Assembly (NCBI GenBank): GCA_977018835.1
Contig: OZ361261.1
Coordinates: forward strand, 496,001-560,000
Direction: 5' to 3'
Length of the DNA stretch: 64,000 bases
Origin: Minutocellus sp. GHC0000111
Taxonomy: Eukaryota
The position numbers and the translations under genes were made by a program. The notes under the pieces are model-generated. The model was not told the origin of the DNA and searched no databases. It saw only the letters and a program-made list of their open reading frames with translations. Below, piece by piece: positions 37,409-50,412 of this stretch; within the stretch, counting starts at the first letter, position 1, and each line of letters opens with the position of its first letter.

Positions 37409-37996
37409 ATGGCTGAAACAATCATTGTCCAACGTGTTCTGAAGAAGTTTGGCTGCACCAACGAAAATGGTCAAGCACACACCGGCACCATTCGTTGGGC
37501 CACCATCACCATGGGGCTCAATAGCGCGTCCGTCTTCAACTCGATGGGCAAGACTGTCCTAGAAGGTCTCTTCAAGCGTCTCAGTAGGGATGCCGTCAAC
37601 GTTGAAGATGCGAACAATCGCCCGAACGATGACATCCGCACCATGAAGGCCACATCCAATGTTGTGTTGGGTGTGCGTTATTTCTCGGGTAGAGGTGCAC
37701 CCATGGATCAGGTGATGGCGAAGCTAGACCACGTCAACGCCGTGCGTTTCGTCGAACTGCACGAGATCCACCGTCAGAAGGATGTCGACAAGGATGACAA
37801 GCCAGAGCTGCCGTCGCTCAAGAGTGGAGTGCGTGTGAATTCTGCATGCTTCCTCGACTGGCTTGAACAGGTGAAGACCGACCTTCGTGGTGAGACATCC
37901 GTCGACGGTGTCGGGACGCTCGCGGCCAATCTCCGTTTGAATGACGGGATGCATGGGAGAGGGCCCTGCCTGATGACATGCAGCATCTTAAATTGA
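37409..37996 (+). mobile_element. Probable truncated Ty1/copia (diatom CoDi-like) gag relic
   Basis: PELPSLK...FLDWLEQVKTDLRG...GVGTLAANLR resembles the gag region of diatom copia elements (from recall, not searched). The ORF ends abruptly, is TpA-poor and lies in a gene-free 2.5-kb gap. Confidence 0.4.
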
Positions 37997-38665
37997 TCAG
38001 CATCTTAAAGCCATCTACTCTAATTCTGTTCTATTTTTTAACATCTATTTGCTTGTCGACAACTTTATTTAGAACTATTTTGTGTTCCATGTGTAAGCAC
38101 ATCCATCTAATTATGTTCTGTTTTGTAACATCTATTTTTGCTTTTGTCGAGAGTGGCGGCGGCGGTGGCTGCTACTACTAGCAGCAGTAGTGCCCGGCCC
38201 CGCCTACGAGTCGACCAAACACCTGTCGACATCTGTCACTGGTCGAAAAACGCCGGTGGCGAAAAGGAGTGAACGATCTGTCAGGGTGACCCATGGACAT
38301 CGACACATCGACTGCCGGTGTTTTTTCATTGATCCCGTTGAAATCAGCTGTGATCAGCTGATTTCCGGGTCCTCTCGCGGAAACTACCTAAGCTAGTAGT
38401 AGCTCTCTCGCCTGCCGTACTGTTGGTACCAATTGGTAGAAGAGGCATTCTACACGCATCGCTTCAATCCAAGTCTAAAAATGTGTCTACTATCTTACAA
38501 ATTGCTACCGGCACCTTGATCCGCTTATTCACAAGAAATAAAAGTTCTGTCGCTTCCTTTTATGATACCTGGACCGGTACCTACTAGCTAGTACACGAAG
38601 GTGTCCTAGCTAGCTCTTTTTGGTCTTCAGCTCCTACTTACCAATTGGTAGTAGCTAGAACATTC

Positions 38666-41600
38666 TTATACAACCATCTCCACATGTTCGGTACCATCGC
38701 TATTCTCGATCATTACCTCCTCCGCAAAGACGAGGCCTTCCTTCTCCAGAGCGTCAAGGCAAGGGTCATAAATATCCTTGGTCGTAGGAATCAGTATGCC
38801 CTTTCGATTTTCCAGATTACCGCTCAGCAAGAGATCGGCACCAACGGCGGCAGTATAACCGACCGTCTTGCACATGGCCGACATTTTGTCATCCCCGTAG
38901 AGCTGAAGGCTCGAAAGGTGGGTTTCCTTCTACCGTTATCGAAGGTGGCCTCAATGTTGTGGTGCATCAGCACCATATCGCGCTCATCATCTTCAAATCG
39001 CAACTTGGCTTCAAGCTGGTCGCAGAACGATTGGGCTACGCTAAGTGGATCTGAAATGGCAGCGTCTCCTGTCATGTCCAGCAACTTGAGGCAGGCGGCG
39101 GCCTTGGATGCAACGGCCTTGTCTCCGTCCGAGCACGAGATTAGGAAGCTCTTGAGGTCGGGAAATCCTTGCTGATCCTGGAGGACCGAAAGCGTCTCGC
39201 TCCAGGTCCGTCCTCCGGTGGCACCCTCCTGAAATAGGCCCATGTTCTTAAAGACGTGCATCAACTTCGAGAATCCGTTGAAACGGAGGGTTCCACGAAA
39301 GATGGTCTCGGTGCCTTGGATACCATATTTATCGGCATAGATGAGAGAGTTACGATTGGGTAGAACCTCAAGGTGGAGCTGTGGCCAGGCTTCAAAGGAT
39401 TGAGCGGAGGCCAGAAGATTGGCGCCATCAACGCTCACAACGTCACTATTCATCTTGTACAGGGCATCATTTTGACTTGCCCTGAGCACTCCCATGGGAC
39501 TCCAACTGAACTTGTACATGAGGGGATTGTTGTAGACCGCCACAGACACTTGAAAAGCCGGTGATGGTACCGCCCCGGTCTTTGATGCCATCGATGATCT
39601 TCATTGCCGACATGTGATCCATTCCTATTCACGATGGTAAGGTGAGGGGTACCAGATAGAATTAATTGATGGCAAGAAAGCAAAATAAATTATCGACTGG
39701 TATGGTTGAAGCGAAAAAAAGTACAAAGGAAACCAATGCGAACTCACCAGGATCAAGACCAACTTCGTTCAAAATGGAAATGCCAGCTTGCTCGCAGCTC
39801 TCTTGCAATTCACCAATATCAGGACTGACATAGGACGCAGTTACAAGATTTGTGCGATTGGTGATGCATTCGTTTGCAACCAGGGGGTGCATTGGGGCTG
39901 GCAGTAACGAAACGACCACATCTGCATTCTTCACAAGTTTCGATAGGCCCGATATGTCAGAGCCTACATCTAGAGTGACTGGCGTTCCTCGGAGAGCTTC
40001 GCCGGCGACTGATCGAGCCTCGTTCTCCAGTTGGGATGCTACGACGATATTGCGCCTCGTTGACCGTCCAAGGTATTCGGCGAGGCTAGCAGCAACTCGA
40101 CCCGCCCCAAGAACAAGAACGGTCTCTTCCTTCTCCTTCTTAACGATTGCCTTTCCTTTCTTTCTCCCCTTTTCGATAACAAGGTCGAATGTCTGCATCG
40201 AAGCTTCTGCCGCGACGATAAGATCCACCAAAGCCTTTACCTTCGAATTCACCTTGTCCACGACGCCTTTGTCCTTTGCTGATACCCTAAGCAACACATC
40301 AGACTTCTCTGGCATCCCCTCGACTTTGCGCTTCACATTACACTCTTGAAACTCAAAGTGACAATCCTCGTGCTCCATGACATCCAGCACTTGGTTGATC
40401 AAGCCTGAATCGAACAAGTGACCTTGAAGAGAAATCAACATATGAGGATCGTGCGTATCAACGCCTCCCGCATGATCTCGCTTCTTCAAAAACTCGGTGA
40501 TATACTCGAATGCAGGAGTCAAGTAGCCCTGAGTGGCTATGCAAGCATTGGCGAGCTCGGCCGGCATCCCTTCACCTACATCTTGTAGACTCTTGGCCTT
40601 GCTGGTGCCCTTGGCGACAATAAGACGTTCCATGAGCGGAATCAGAGCATCGCCAAAGTGTTTGCTGCTCTCCCTGGGAAGTTCGGTCGGTAGAATATCG
40701 ACCCCCATGACTGCAACGCCATCGCCGGAGATGTCGTCGGACACCTCACCCGTGATGGGGTCATACTCGAAGTATGGCTGCTCAACGGTAGTTGCCTTTT
40801 CAAGGAATTCTATGCTTCCCTCCACGTCGCAGCTAATATCAGCAACCGCGAAGAGGCGGCGGTTACTCTTCTCGTAGAGCTCTCGCATCTGGTCCTTGGT
40901 AAGGAGGCGAGGGAATCGTTCATCCCAGTAGATACCGTTGACAATGACATTGATATGAGGAGCAATCTCCTCAAAGAATGTGGACTCGTAGCACTGGGGA
41001 CTCGTTAGGTAGTGTTCCTTGTTGAACTTGGCCTCGGGAGATGGGTTGGATTTCCGGCGGACAAGATCCTCTGCATTGAGCTGGATTCCGTACACCACCT
41101 TTTGTGGTCCCTTGAGTTTGCGGATTTCCGAAATCTCGTCTTTCGTGATCATCTTGTGAGGTAGAAGCTTAAATATCTCGAGAGAGCCCTGGTTAACATT
41201 GCCCCGTCCTGTGTAGGCAAAGATGAGTGGTTCCAATCCCTCGGGAAGATCGCCAGAACGTTCCATCAGTTCACCGATACGGGCTATTCCTGCCTTGGCA
41301 TCGTCTAAATTGTCGTACATGTACGCAGGGGGACAATTTAGAAAGGGAGTGGAGTAGCCACTGGCAAGCAATCGGCGACCAAGTGCTTGAAGTCCATCAA
41401 TCATACCGGCAATACCAGCATATTTGCCAAATGCAACCAGACGTCGCTTCTTGTTGTCGTCGAGCTCTTCGTTGATGCATTCGTAGTCAAATAGCTGGAT
41501 GTTCTTGTCCAGGATGGACTTCATCAGCGGCATTGAGCTTGGTTGGCCCTTGATTACTGTGAGTTATAGAAAACGATTGCAGGGAAAGAATTGAATTAAT

Positions 41601-42181
41601 ATCTACAATATGCAAATACCAGAACTGCATGGTATCTACTACGTAGGTAGCTGTAGATAAGATAGACATCGATAATGGCCGATTCACTCACCATGAGAAA
41701 AGAACATGTACGACTTGTCAGGAATGAGATTATCTTCTTCGACCTGCTTTACACCAAGGATGAGGTCGGCAGGAGATAAGTCCTCTGAAATTGTTGCACC
41801 AGCTCTACGATACTCCTCATCCGAGAAGATTCTGTGGGAAGCTGGCTGAACAACGACTTTGGACAGCAGATCGCGACTTCCACCAAATTTGGTCAGGAGC
41901 TGCTCCACATGGGAGGGACAGAGTGGTGTCCTACGCTCCCACTTATCGTAGGTCTCACGGGCGATGCCAATGGTCAGTCCATCATTGCTGGGGCCATCAG
42001 AATTCTTTTCGGACGACGTCCCAAAGTAGCGAGCAGTGCGAAAGGCGTGTTGCACAGCAGGAATGGGTAGGCCTGAAGCCGCGACGGAGACAATCGAAGG
42101 CGCTCTATAAACAAAAAGTGACGTTGGCCGAACCATGCGCCTTGCAGCGGTGGTTGCGGCCATGGTAGTTGTGGACATCAT
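38666..42181 (-). pseudogene. AASS: Bifunctional lysine-ketoglutarate reductase/saccharopine dehydrogenase (AASS); introns 41557-41691 and 39625-39747; frameshifts near 39532 and 38930
   Basis: WERRTPLCP, FFSH|VIKGQ, AFGKYAGIAG, DISCD, VLVLGAGRV, EVGLDP|GMDHM, NNPLMYKFSWSP, RGTLRF, SAMCKTVG. The conserved CGGLPAPEAANNP is reduced to CGGL-c-NNP. Confidence 0.92.
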
Positions 42182-42578
42182 TCGAGAATTTCGTACGATT
42201 GTCAATCAATCAAGCGGAAGATTTTGTAGGAGCGAAGGGCGCGGGAGATGACAAGAAGATGTTGTTTCGTAGCTTTTGCGAAAGTTCGAACGAATACGAG
42301 GCAAATAGAGATGAGAATTGGACGATCGGCTAATGGAAGGACCAGGGGAGAAGGAGCGGCAAAGATCGTTGGCTACGACGGCCTCGACTGCAATTTCGTC
42401 ATGCTTCCTGCCTCAGCGCCTTGCCTTTACATCAGAACAATTTTTTGGCGCGTTCCGGATGAGAAGGCGTCAGCCTCCCAGTAAGTCGAATAAGTCTCCA
42501 AAGTGAGTCTCGACCAAAGCACGCACGCAAGCATGAACCCCATTTTCTGCCCTTCTTCGTGGAAGCAAACGACCAACC

Positions 42579-43516
42579 ATGGCGGCGATCGGCACCAGAG
42601 CGGCATATTCTGCTCTCGTTTGCCAGAGATGTCTTGTCCCTAGCCGTTTCGTCGGCGTTTCCTCCACGTCGGCAAAAACGGCCCAACTCACCAGACACAC
42701 AACATTGCGACACAAATCAAAAACACCCGCAAACTTCTGTGCGGCCCACCCGGAGGATCGTCTCAAGGCGGCAAGGAGGAAGGCGCGGGCTGATCTTGGT
42801 TTGCCGGATGATGGCGATGACAAAGATACCACTGATGATCTTTCCACAGCAGCAGCACGAGATGTGTCCGTATCAGCGAAGGCCCATCCCGAGGACCGTC
42901 TCAAAGCCGCACGACGAAAGATGCTGGAAGCATGGGGCTGACAGTCGATGGGGATGGCAATGTCGTTGAATCCCGGGCGAGTGCACCAACTTTAACATCC
43001 GTCGGAAATTCCAATTGCAAGGATACCGATGAATCTGCCCCTCTGCCGATCTGCGCTCAAAACAACCACCCAGATTATCGGCTGAAAGTAGCAAGGGAGA
43101 GGATGTTGGCCAAGGTGAAGGGAGATGCTGGGGTCGGCACTGATATTACTGCTGCTGGTGGCTCGAGCCTTTTGCTGAAGCCGCCACGGATCGACCTGGA
43201 AATGTCCCCCGATCGGAGGCTGCGTCTGGCCCGAACCGAACAGGCGGCAAAGCCAATCCAGACCTTCAAACCTATGAAAAGGAAAAAGAGACGTCTCAAG
43301 AAAGGCGCTCTCCTTTCGAGACTTACATGTAGCACGGAGCAGCCGCCCCTCCTGCGCAACGATGGGTATTCGTCTGGATCGGTAACTGCCATGAGATTGC
43401 GACAGGCAAGGCACGACGCCATTGAGCGTCTCTTGGTTTCTTCGTCGCCGGCTGATGCTTCCTTGTTGTCGTCGTCTGCATCGTCAAAAGAAAAAGACAA
43501 CACAGGATCGTACTAG
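42579..43516 (+). CDS. Hypothetical protein with repeated HPEDRLKAAR-type motif, copy 1; 1-bp frameshift near 42929
   Basis: ORFs 42579..42941 and 42932..43516 share the motif (HPEDRLKAARRK x2, HPDYRLKVARER, SPDRRLRLAR). Adding one A gives MLESMGLTVD. Confidence 0.55.
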
Positions 43517-44048
43517 CGCGAGGTGGTCTCTAGCTCTTTTAATTTACACATTTTAGACCCAATTGATGATTCAATGCAATCCACAAGCACAGTGCATGTA
43601 TAGTACCGGTACGGGTATCAGTACATCTCTAGCTAGGAACTTACCGGCAGAACAAAGCAAAGCAACGCTTGCTGCTTTTACTACGTAGGAGTATTGTTGT
43701 CCATACTGATAAAGTACAGAATGCCTACACGTAAGTGTACGAGCGAGCCGGCAATGCATTTCTGCCTCACAAAAATGTCGAGTTGGTTGATACATGATGG
43801 TCGAGGGAACATGCGCCGTCCATCGCGCTCCTCTTTGACCAAGTGATGACTAAAACTGGAGAGGTGCTCTCCTCGACCCATTCCACCAAGAAGAGGAAGA
43901 AATCGCATTGGGCGGAGACTGTATGCCTGTGCTGAGCGAGGAGGCCCACAATTTTCACTGTTGGCCGCAACTGTTCCTTCTTGCTACCGTTCGATCATTC
44001 AAAGATAAACCTGCTCCTGCCTCCATCCTGACTGACTGATCCTTCAAT

Positions 44049-45001
44049 ATGATACTTTTTCTTCCAAAGGAGTGGCGTTCCGGGCCGAGCCTTCGTCTTA
44101 TTTCTTTGCTTCTGATATCGACCAAATTACTGGCGGTCGTTGGTGCGGAAGGTGATGAAGTGACGACCGACTTTGTCCTTGCCCCCGATGAGGCCAGGCC
44201 CAACCAAAGTAATGTCGACATTACTCTTGATGAATTCCAAGGCCTGCTCTTCACTCACGTCAACAATGAAGTGAGCGAGGTAGATGACGAGACGGGTTCT
44301 ATCAACCGCGCCGCTGGGGCGGACAGCATCTGGTCAGGGCTCGTCCAACACGGATGGGACATGGCAGCATCAACAACTTCGAATGACGACGAAATTGTAG
44401 TCGACGGGGTCGGCGAGCGATCCAGCGCTCACACCGCGGCGGCAGAAGAAAGGCAATCTTCGTTCCTGGTTTGCGTCAGGGGCGGTGATATGTCTGGCTA
44501 CGAGCGCCTCCGGCCCGTCCTCGAAGGCTTTGGGGTGGACATATCGGCCACAATGGTGGTATCGAACTTGCCGGAGGAGACCTGCCGCTTCGTCACAACA
44601 GCTACCAGCAAGGCTCAGTCTCTGGCAGGTAAAGTAGTCGACGGCCTAGCATTTGCAATCATCCCCATTTTCGACATGATAAAAATCTCCCTCGGAACGA
44701 TCGACGAGGTATCCAACGAGAGATGGGCAATTCCTCCGTCTTTGAGCAACAACAACCGAGCTCTGGCCGTCCTTTCCAATGGCACTCGGCAAGACGATGA
44801 TAGCAATGACTGGGATCGTTCCATCATGGTCGGTCTTGCTCCTGGAGTCGGTGGCAAATCAGATCTCGAATGCGAAACTATTGCCGGTGCACTCATCGCC
44901 GATATCAAGGTGATGGCGGAATAAGGTCTTTTACGTCGTCGTCGCCAGTTGCAGGGTTCATCGTCTACTACCTCCTCCGTCAATCTACGTGGTGGCACCA
45001 A
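44049..45001 (+). pseudogene. 5'-only fragment of the subtilisin gene created by the tandem duplication
   Basis: Identical to 46722-47674 and cut at the duplication junction before the catalytic domain. Confidence 0.85.
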
Positions 45002-45251
45002 GCTAATGGAAGGACCAGGGGAGAAGGAGCGGCAAAGATCGTTGGCTACGACGGCCTCGACTGCAATTTCGTCATGCTTCCTGCCTCAGCGCCTTGCCTT
45101 TACATCAGAACAATTTTTTGGCGCGTTCCGGATGAGAAGGCGTCAGCCTCCCAGTAAGTCGAATAAGTCTCCAAAGTGAGTCTCGACCAAAGCACGCACG
45201 CAAGCATGAACCCCATTTTCTGCCCTTCTTCGTGGAAGCAAACGACCAACC

Positions 45252-46189
45252 ATGGCGGCGATCGGCACCAGAGCGGCATATTCTGCTCTCGTTTGCCAGA
45301 GATGTCTTGTCCCTAGCCGTTTCGTCGGCGTTTCCTCCACGTCGGCAAAAACAGCCCAACTCACCAGACACACAACATTGCGACACAAATCAAAAACACC
45401 CGCAAACTTCTGTGCGGCCCACCCGGAGGATCGTCTCAAGGCGGCAAGGAGGAAGGCGCGGGCTGATCTTGGTTTGCCGGATGATGGCGATGACAAAGAT
45501 ACCACTGATGATCTTTCCACAGCAGCAGCACGAGATGTGTCCGTATCAGCGAAGGCCCATCCCGAGGACCGTCTCAAAGCCGCACGACGAAAGATGCTGG
45601 AAGCATGGGGCTGACAGTCGATGGGGATGGCAATGTCGTTGAATCCCGGGCGAGTGCACCAACTTTAACATCCGTCGGAAATTCCAATTGCAAGGATACC
45701 GATGAATCTGCCCCTCTGCCGATCTGCGCTCAAAACAACCACCCAGATTATCGGCTGAAAGTAGCAAGGGAGAGGATGTTGGCCAAGGTGAAGGGAGATG
45801 CTGGGGTCGGCACTGATATTACTGCTGCTGGTGGCTCGAGCCTTTTGCTGAAGCCGCCACGGATCGACCTGGAAATGTCCCCCGATCGGAGGCTGCGTCT
45901 GGCCCGAACCGAACAGGCGGCAAAGCCAATCCAGACCTTCAAACCTATGAAAAGGAAAAAGAGACGTCTCAAGAAAGGCGCTCTCCTTTCGAGACTTACA
46001 TGTAGCACGGAGCAGCCGCCCCTCCTGCGCAACGATGGGTATTCGTCTGGATCGGTAACTGCCATGAGATTGCGACAGGCAAGGCACGACGCCATTGAGC
46101 GTCTCTTGGTTTCTTCGTCGCCGGCTGATGCTTCCTTGTTGTCGTCGTCTGCATCGTCAAAAGAAAAAGACAACACAGGATCGTACTAG
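45252..46189 (+). CDS. Hypothetical protein with repeated HPEDRLKAAR-type motif, copy 2; same frameshift near 45602
   Basis: Duplicate of 42579-43516. Confidence 0.55.
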
Positions 46190-46721
46190 CGCGAGGTGGT
46201 CTCTAGCTCTTTTAATTTACACATTTTAGACCCAATTGATGATTCAATGCAATCCACAAGCACAGTGCATGTATAGTACCGGTACGGGTATCAGTACATC
46301 TCTAGCTAGGAACTTACCGGCAGAACAAAGCAAAGCAACGCTTGCTGCTTTTACTACGTAGGAGTATTGTTGTCCATACTGATAAAGTACAGAATGCCTA
46401 CACGTAAGTGTACGAGCGAGCCGGCAATGCATTTCTGCCTCACAAAAATGTCGAGTTGGTTGATACATGATGGTCGAGGGAACATGCGCCGTCCATCGCG
46501 CTCCTCTTTGACCAAGTGATGACTAAAACTGGAGAGGTGCTCTCCTCGACCCATTCCACCAAGAAGAGGAAGAAATCGCATTGGGCGGAGACTGTATGCC
46601 TGTGCTGAGCGAGGAGGCCCACAATTTTCACTGTTGGCCGCAACTGTTCCTTCTTGCTACCGTTCGATCATTCAAAGATAAACCTGCTCCTGCCTCCATC
46701 CTGACTGACTGATCCTTCAAT

Positions 46722-49700
46722 ATGATACTTTTTCTTCCAAAGGAGTGGCGTTCCGGGCCGAGCCTTCGTCTTATTTCTTTGCTTCTGATATCGACCAAAT
46801 TACTGGCGGTCGTTGGTGCGGAAGGTGATGAAGTGACGACCGACTTTGTCCTTGCCCCCGATGAGGCCAGGCCCAACCAAAGTAATGTCGACATTACTCT
46901 TGATGAATTCCAAGGCCTGCTCTTCACTCACGTCAACAATGAAGTGAGCGAGGTAGATGACGAGACGGGTTCTATCAACCGCGCCGCTGGGGCGGACAGC
47001 ATCTGGTCAGGGCTCGTCCAACACGGATGGGACATGGCAGCATCAACAACTTCGAATGACGACGAAATTGTAGTCGACGGGGTCGGCGAGCGATCCAGCG
47101 CTCACACCGCGGCGGCAGAAGAAAGGCAATCTTCGTTCCTGGTTTGCGTCAGGGGCGGTGATATGTCTGGCTACGAGCGCCTCCGGCCCGTCCTCGAAGG
47201 CTTTGGGGTGGACATATCGGCCACAATGGTGGTATCGAACTTGCCGGAGGAGACCTGCCGCTTCGTCACAACAGCTACCAGCAAGGCTCAGTCTCTGGCA
47301 GGTAAAGTAGTCGACGGCCTAGCATTTGCAATCATCCCCATTTTCGACATGATAAAAATCTCCCTCGGAACGATCGACGAGGTATCCAACGAGAGATGGG
47401 CAATTCCTCCGTCTTTGAGCAACAACAACCGAGCTCTGGCCGTCCTTTCCAATGGCACTCGGCAAGACGATGATAGCAATGACTGGGATCGTTCCATCAT
47501 GGTCGGTCTTGCTCCTGGAGTCGGTGGCAAATCAGATCTCGAATGCGAAACTATTGCCGGTGCACTCATCGCCGATATCAAGGTGATGGCGGAATAAGGT
47601 CTTTTACGTCGTCGTCGCCAGTTGCAGGGTTCATCGTCTACTACCTCCTCCGTCAATCTACGTGGTGGCACCAAGCAAACCCCAACTTCAGGTTTGTCCG
47701 TGAGCGATGCTTTCTCGGCAACTTCAGCCCGATTTGACAACCCAAATCGCCGCCATCTCCTTGATTCTACCTCTAATGTTTGGTCTCGCGCACTCGAGCG
47801 CGGCCTTGAGTCTCACCACATGTGTGCCTCTATGTTCGACGACATCGACATTCGCCTGAGACATGGTAACAAGGGTTTTGAATACATCCTCAATCCCATG
47901 AATGCAATCACTGCTGACGACGAATCCTCCGCGTCCAATACCGACTGCGTCATCTCTTTCATCGCTGCCCTTTCAACACATCCTTATGTCGTCACTGTTG
48001 AATCCAACGGGGAAGTTACGTCTGACAGCAACACCAACGCTCAATGGATTACTCAAACGAGCGAGGAGGGCCATACTCCTTTCTTTGATGCTGGTATCAC
48101 CGGAGAGGGAGAAATTGTTTCCGTCTCTGATAGCGGAGTCGATCTGCATAGCTGATGGTTCAAAGACGAGAGAGGCAACGGCGATATTTTCAATGGAGTG
48201 AGTATAAATGCAGCCAGAATGTTCTGTTGTTATTTTTCTCTCAACCTCTCCTTGATTTTTCTCACTATTAATCCTCCCTGATCACTTTCTTTGTCGTCGC
48301 TCTTTCGCACTCCTTCCCTCGCCATGATTTTGCTTTCAGAACTGGGATTTCTCTCGACGCAAGGTTGTCCGCTACGACAACACCTACCGCGATGACATCG
48401 ACCAGATTGGTGGTCATGGCTCTCACGTCGCTGGAACAATGATGGGTAACCGACCTGACGGTAAGGCAGATAAAGGCCAGGGTATTGCCCCCGATGCCAA
48501 GCTTCATGTTTTTGATATGAAACCTGGAAACGGAGGTATGAGCGATCCCGGTGCCAAGCGATTATTTGCTTCTATTTACAACAATGGTAATGGTGCCAAG
48601 GTCCACAATGGTAGCTGGGGACGTTCCGGTCGTCCCTACTCTAGCCATTGTCAAGATTGGGATGGCTCTCTATCTGGAGAATACGAAGATCTTCTCTACG
48701 TTGTATCGGCCGGTAACACTGGAGGTGGAGCGAGAACAGTCAAGAACCCTGCCGACTGTAAAAACACCTTTACGGTTGGATGCAGTCAGAGCATCGAAGA
48801 AGATTTGGACAGCAGAAACGACATGGGATTGGGGTACAGGACGTCTTGGTCTTCTCGTGGTCCCACTTACGATGGTCGAACGAAGCCTGACATCGTAGCT
48901 CCTGGTTATAACATTCATTCCGCCAATGGCAGCGTCGGGAAGGACACCTGTAGTACTCTTGATATGGCGGGGACAAGCATGTCCGCGCCTGTGGTGGCAG
49001 GTAATGCTGCTCTGGTGAGGCAGTACTTTCGTGACGGATTTTACCCCTGCGGAGTCAAGGGATGTGGAGAGAGTATCACGCCGAGCGGATCGCTCGTAAA
49101 GGCAGTTTTGGTGAATGGCGCACAGAATCTCAAGGGCGTCCAGTTCGTTCCCGGTGGCTCTGTGCGAACCATTTCGGAATACGACAATACTCAGAATATG
49201 GGCGAAGTGAGATTGAATAGATCCATGCCGCTCCGGGGAGAGAACGATATCAACACATACATTGTTAACAACAAGGAGATTGCCGTGGGAGAGACCGACT
49301 TTGTCGACATTGAAATCAACACCAACGGTCGGTCAGTCAACGAAATCAGTGTTGCTTTGGTGTGGTACGACCCACCGACGGCAGCATATTGTTCCAACTG
49401 CATTCGGAATAATCTTGATCTGAAGGTAGAAAAGACTAGCGGCGAATCGGTTCTGAGTACCTTCTATCCCAATGGACTGTCGAGCCCAGATGTTAAAAAC
49501 ACCGTCGAGAGGATTCGTTTGAGCGACGTCTCTCATGGTGATACATATCGCGTTTCGGTGAGGGCGGCCAATTTCGACGATGCCAGTCAAAAATATTCAC
49601 TTGCCCTCACTGGAAGCTTTGAGCTTGCCGCCGATGTTCCAATCGAAACATCTGATCCAACGGCTTCGCCCACAGCCTTGCCGACGTCGAGTCCGAGCAA

Positions 49701-50412
49701 GTCACCGACGGCCTCACCGTCGTCGAGTCCGAGCAAGCTACCGACGCCTCTGCCTACAATTACATATTCATCAAATCCCTCGGCAAGACCAAGCAAATCA
49801 CCCACCCCGAAGCCATCGTCCTTCCCAACCCTGAGCCCCATTACCAGTACCGCAAGTCCTACGTCTTCACCCGAAAGCCAGGCACCCACTTCAAGGCTTA
49901 CTCAAGTTCCAACAACACAGTTGACGCAGTCACCAACAAATACTGGTGTCGAGGCAAGAACCGAGAGTGCAGAGACAGGAGCCCCTACTTCTAGCCCATC
50001 TGTGGCGGCAACCCTGAGTCCAGTGACAACTGCTCCGGCGACCAGTCCACCTACAAAGGTCCCGTCTTCATCTCCAGTGTCCAAGAGCCCGACTCTAAGC
50101 CCAAGCGATTCCCCGGCCACCAATCCACCGACGAAGAACCCATCTTCCTCTCCAGCAACCAACCCACCGACAAGAAGTCCCTCATCATCTCCAGTATCTC
50201 GTAGCCCAACTTCCAGCCCAACCATAACACCGGTTCAGTTGCCAGCCAATGGCGGTATAGAGACGAGGACCGAAGGTGGGGAGGCAGCAGGAGATAATGA
50301 CGAAGACGCAGAGTACCAGCAGTGGTGTCTACTAAATGAAAAGGAATGCAAGAAAGCAGAAAAGGAGAAACAGAAGCAAAAGGAGAAGGCCGAGAAGGAG
50401 GTGAGTGATTGA
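46722..50412 (+). pseudogene. Secreted subtilisin-like S8 protease (Kp43/Tag-like) with Pro/Thr/Ser-rich tail; intron 48198-48339; in-frame stops at 47595-47597 (TAA) and 48153-48155 (TGA)
   Basis: Signal peptide; catalytic D in VSVSDSGVD, H in HGSHVAGT, S in AGTSMSAP; SSRGPTYDGRTKPDIVAPG; SPT-type repeats at about 49650-50230. One frame throughout apart from the two stops. Confidence 0.9.

Larger units (their letters stand above)
42329..47674 (+). repeat. Direct tandem duplication, unit 2673 bp (42329-45001 and 45002-47674)
   Basis: Near-identical sequence and ORF translations at offset 2673; one difference noticed (g42680 vs a45353); 2-bp GC microhomology at the junction. Confidence 0.97.

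Noticed and set aside
38340..38397. Helitron 3' end (hairpin followed by CTAG-T)
   Set aside because: The hairpin is ~27 bp from the CTAG, CTAG is ubiquitous in local intergenic DNA, and no Rep/helicase is present.
48153..48155. TGA at a probable Cys position in the subtilisin (DLHS*WFKD) as selenocysteine
   Set aside because: The same gene also has an in-frame TAA, the position is non-catalytic, and I could not identify a SECIS. Simple nonsense mutation or error is more likely.
49650..50230. Repetitive DNA as a CRISPR-like or tandem array
   Set aside because: It encodes the Ser/Pro/Thr-rich tail of the subtilisin and has no repeat-spacer structure.
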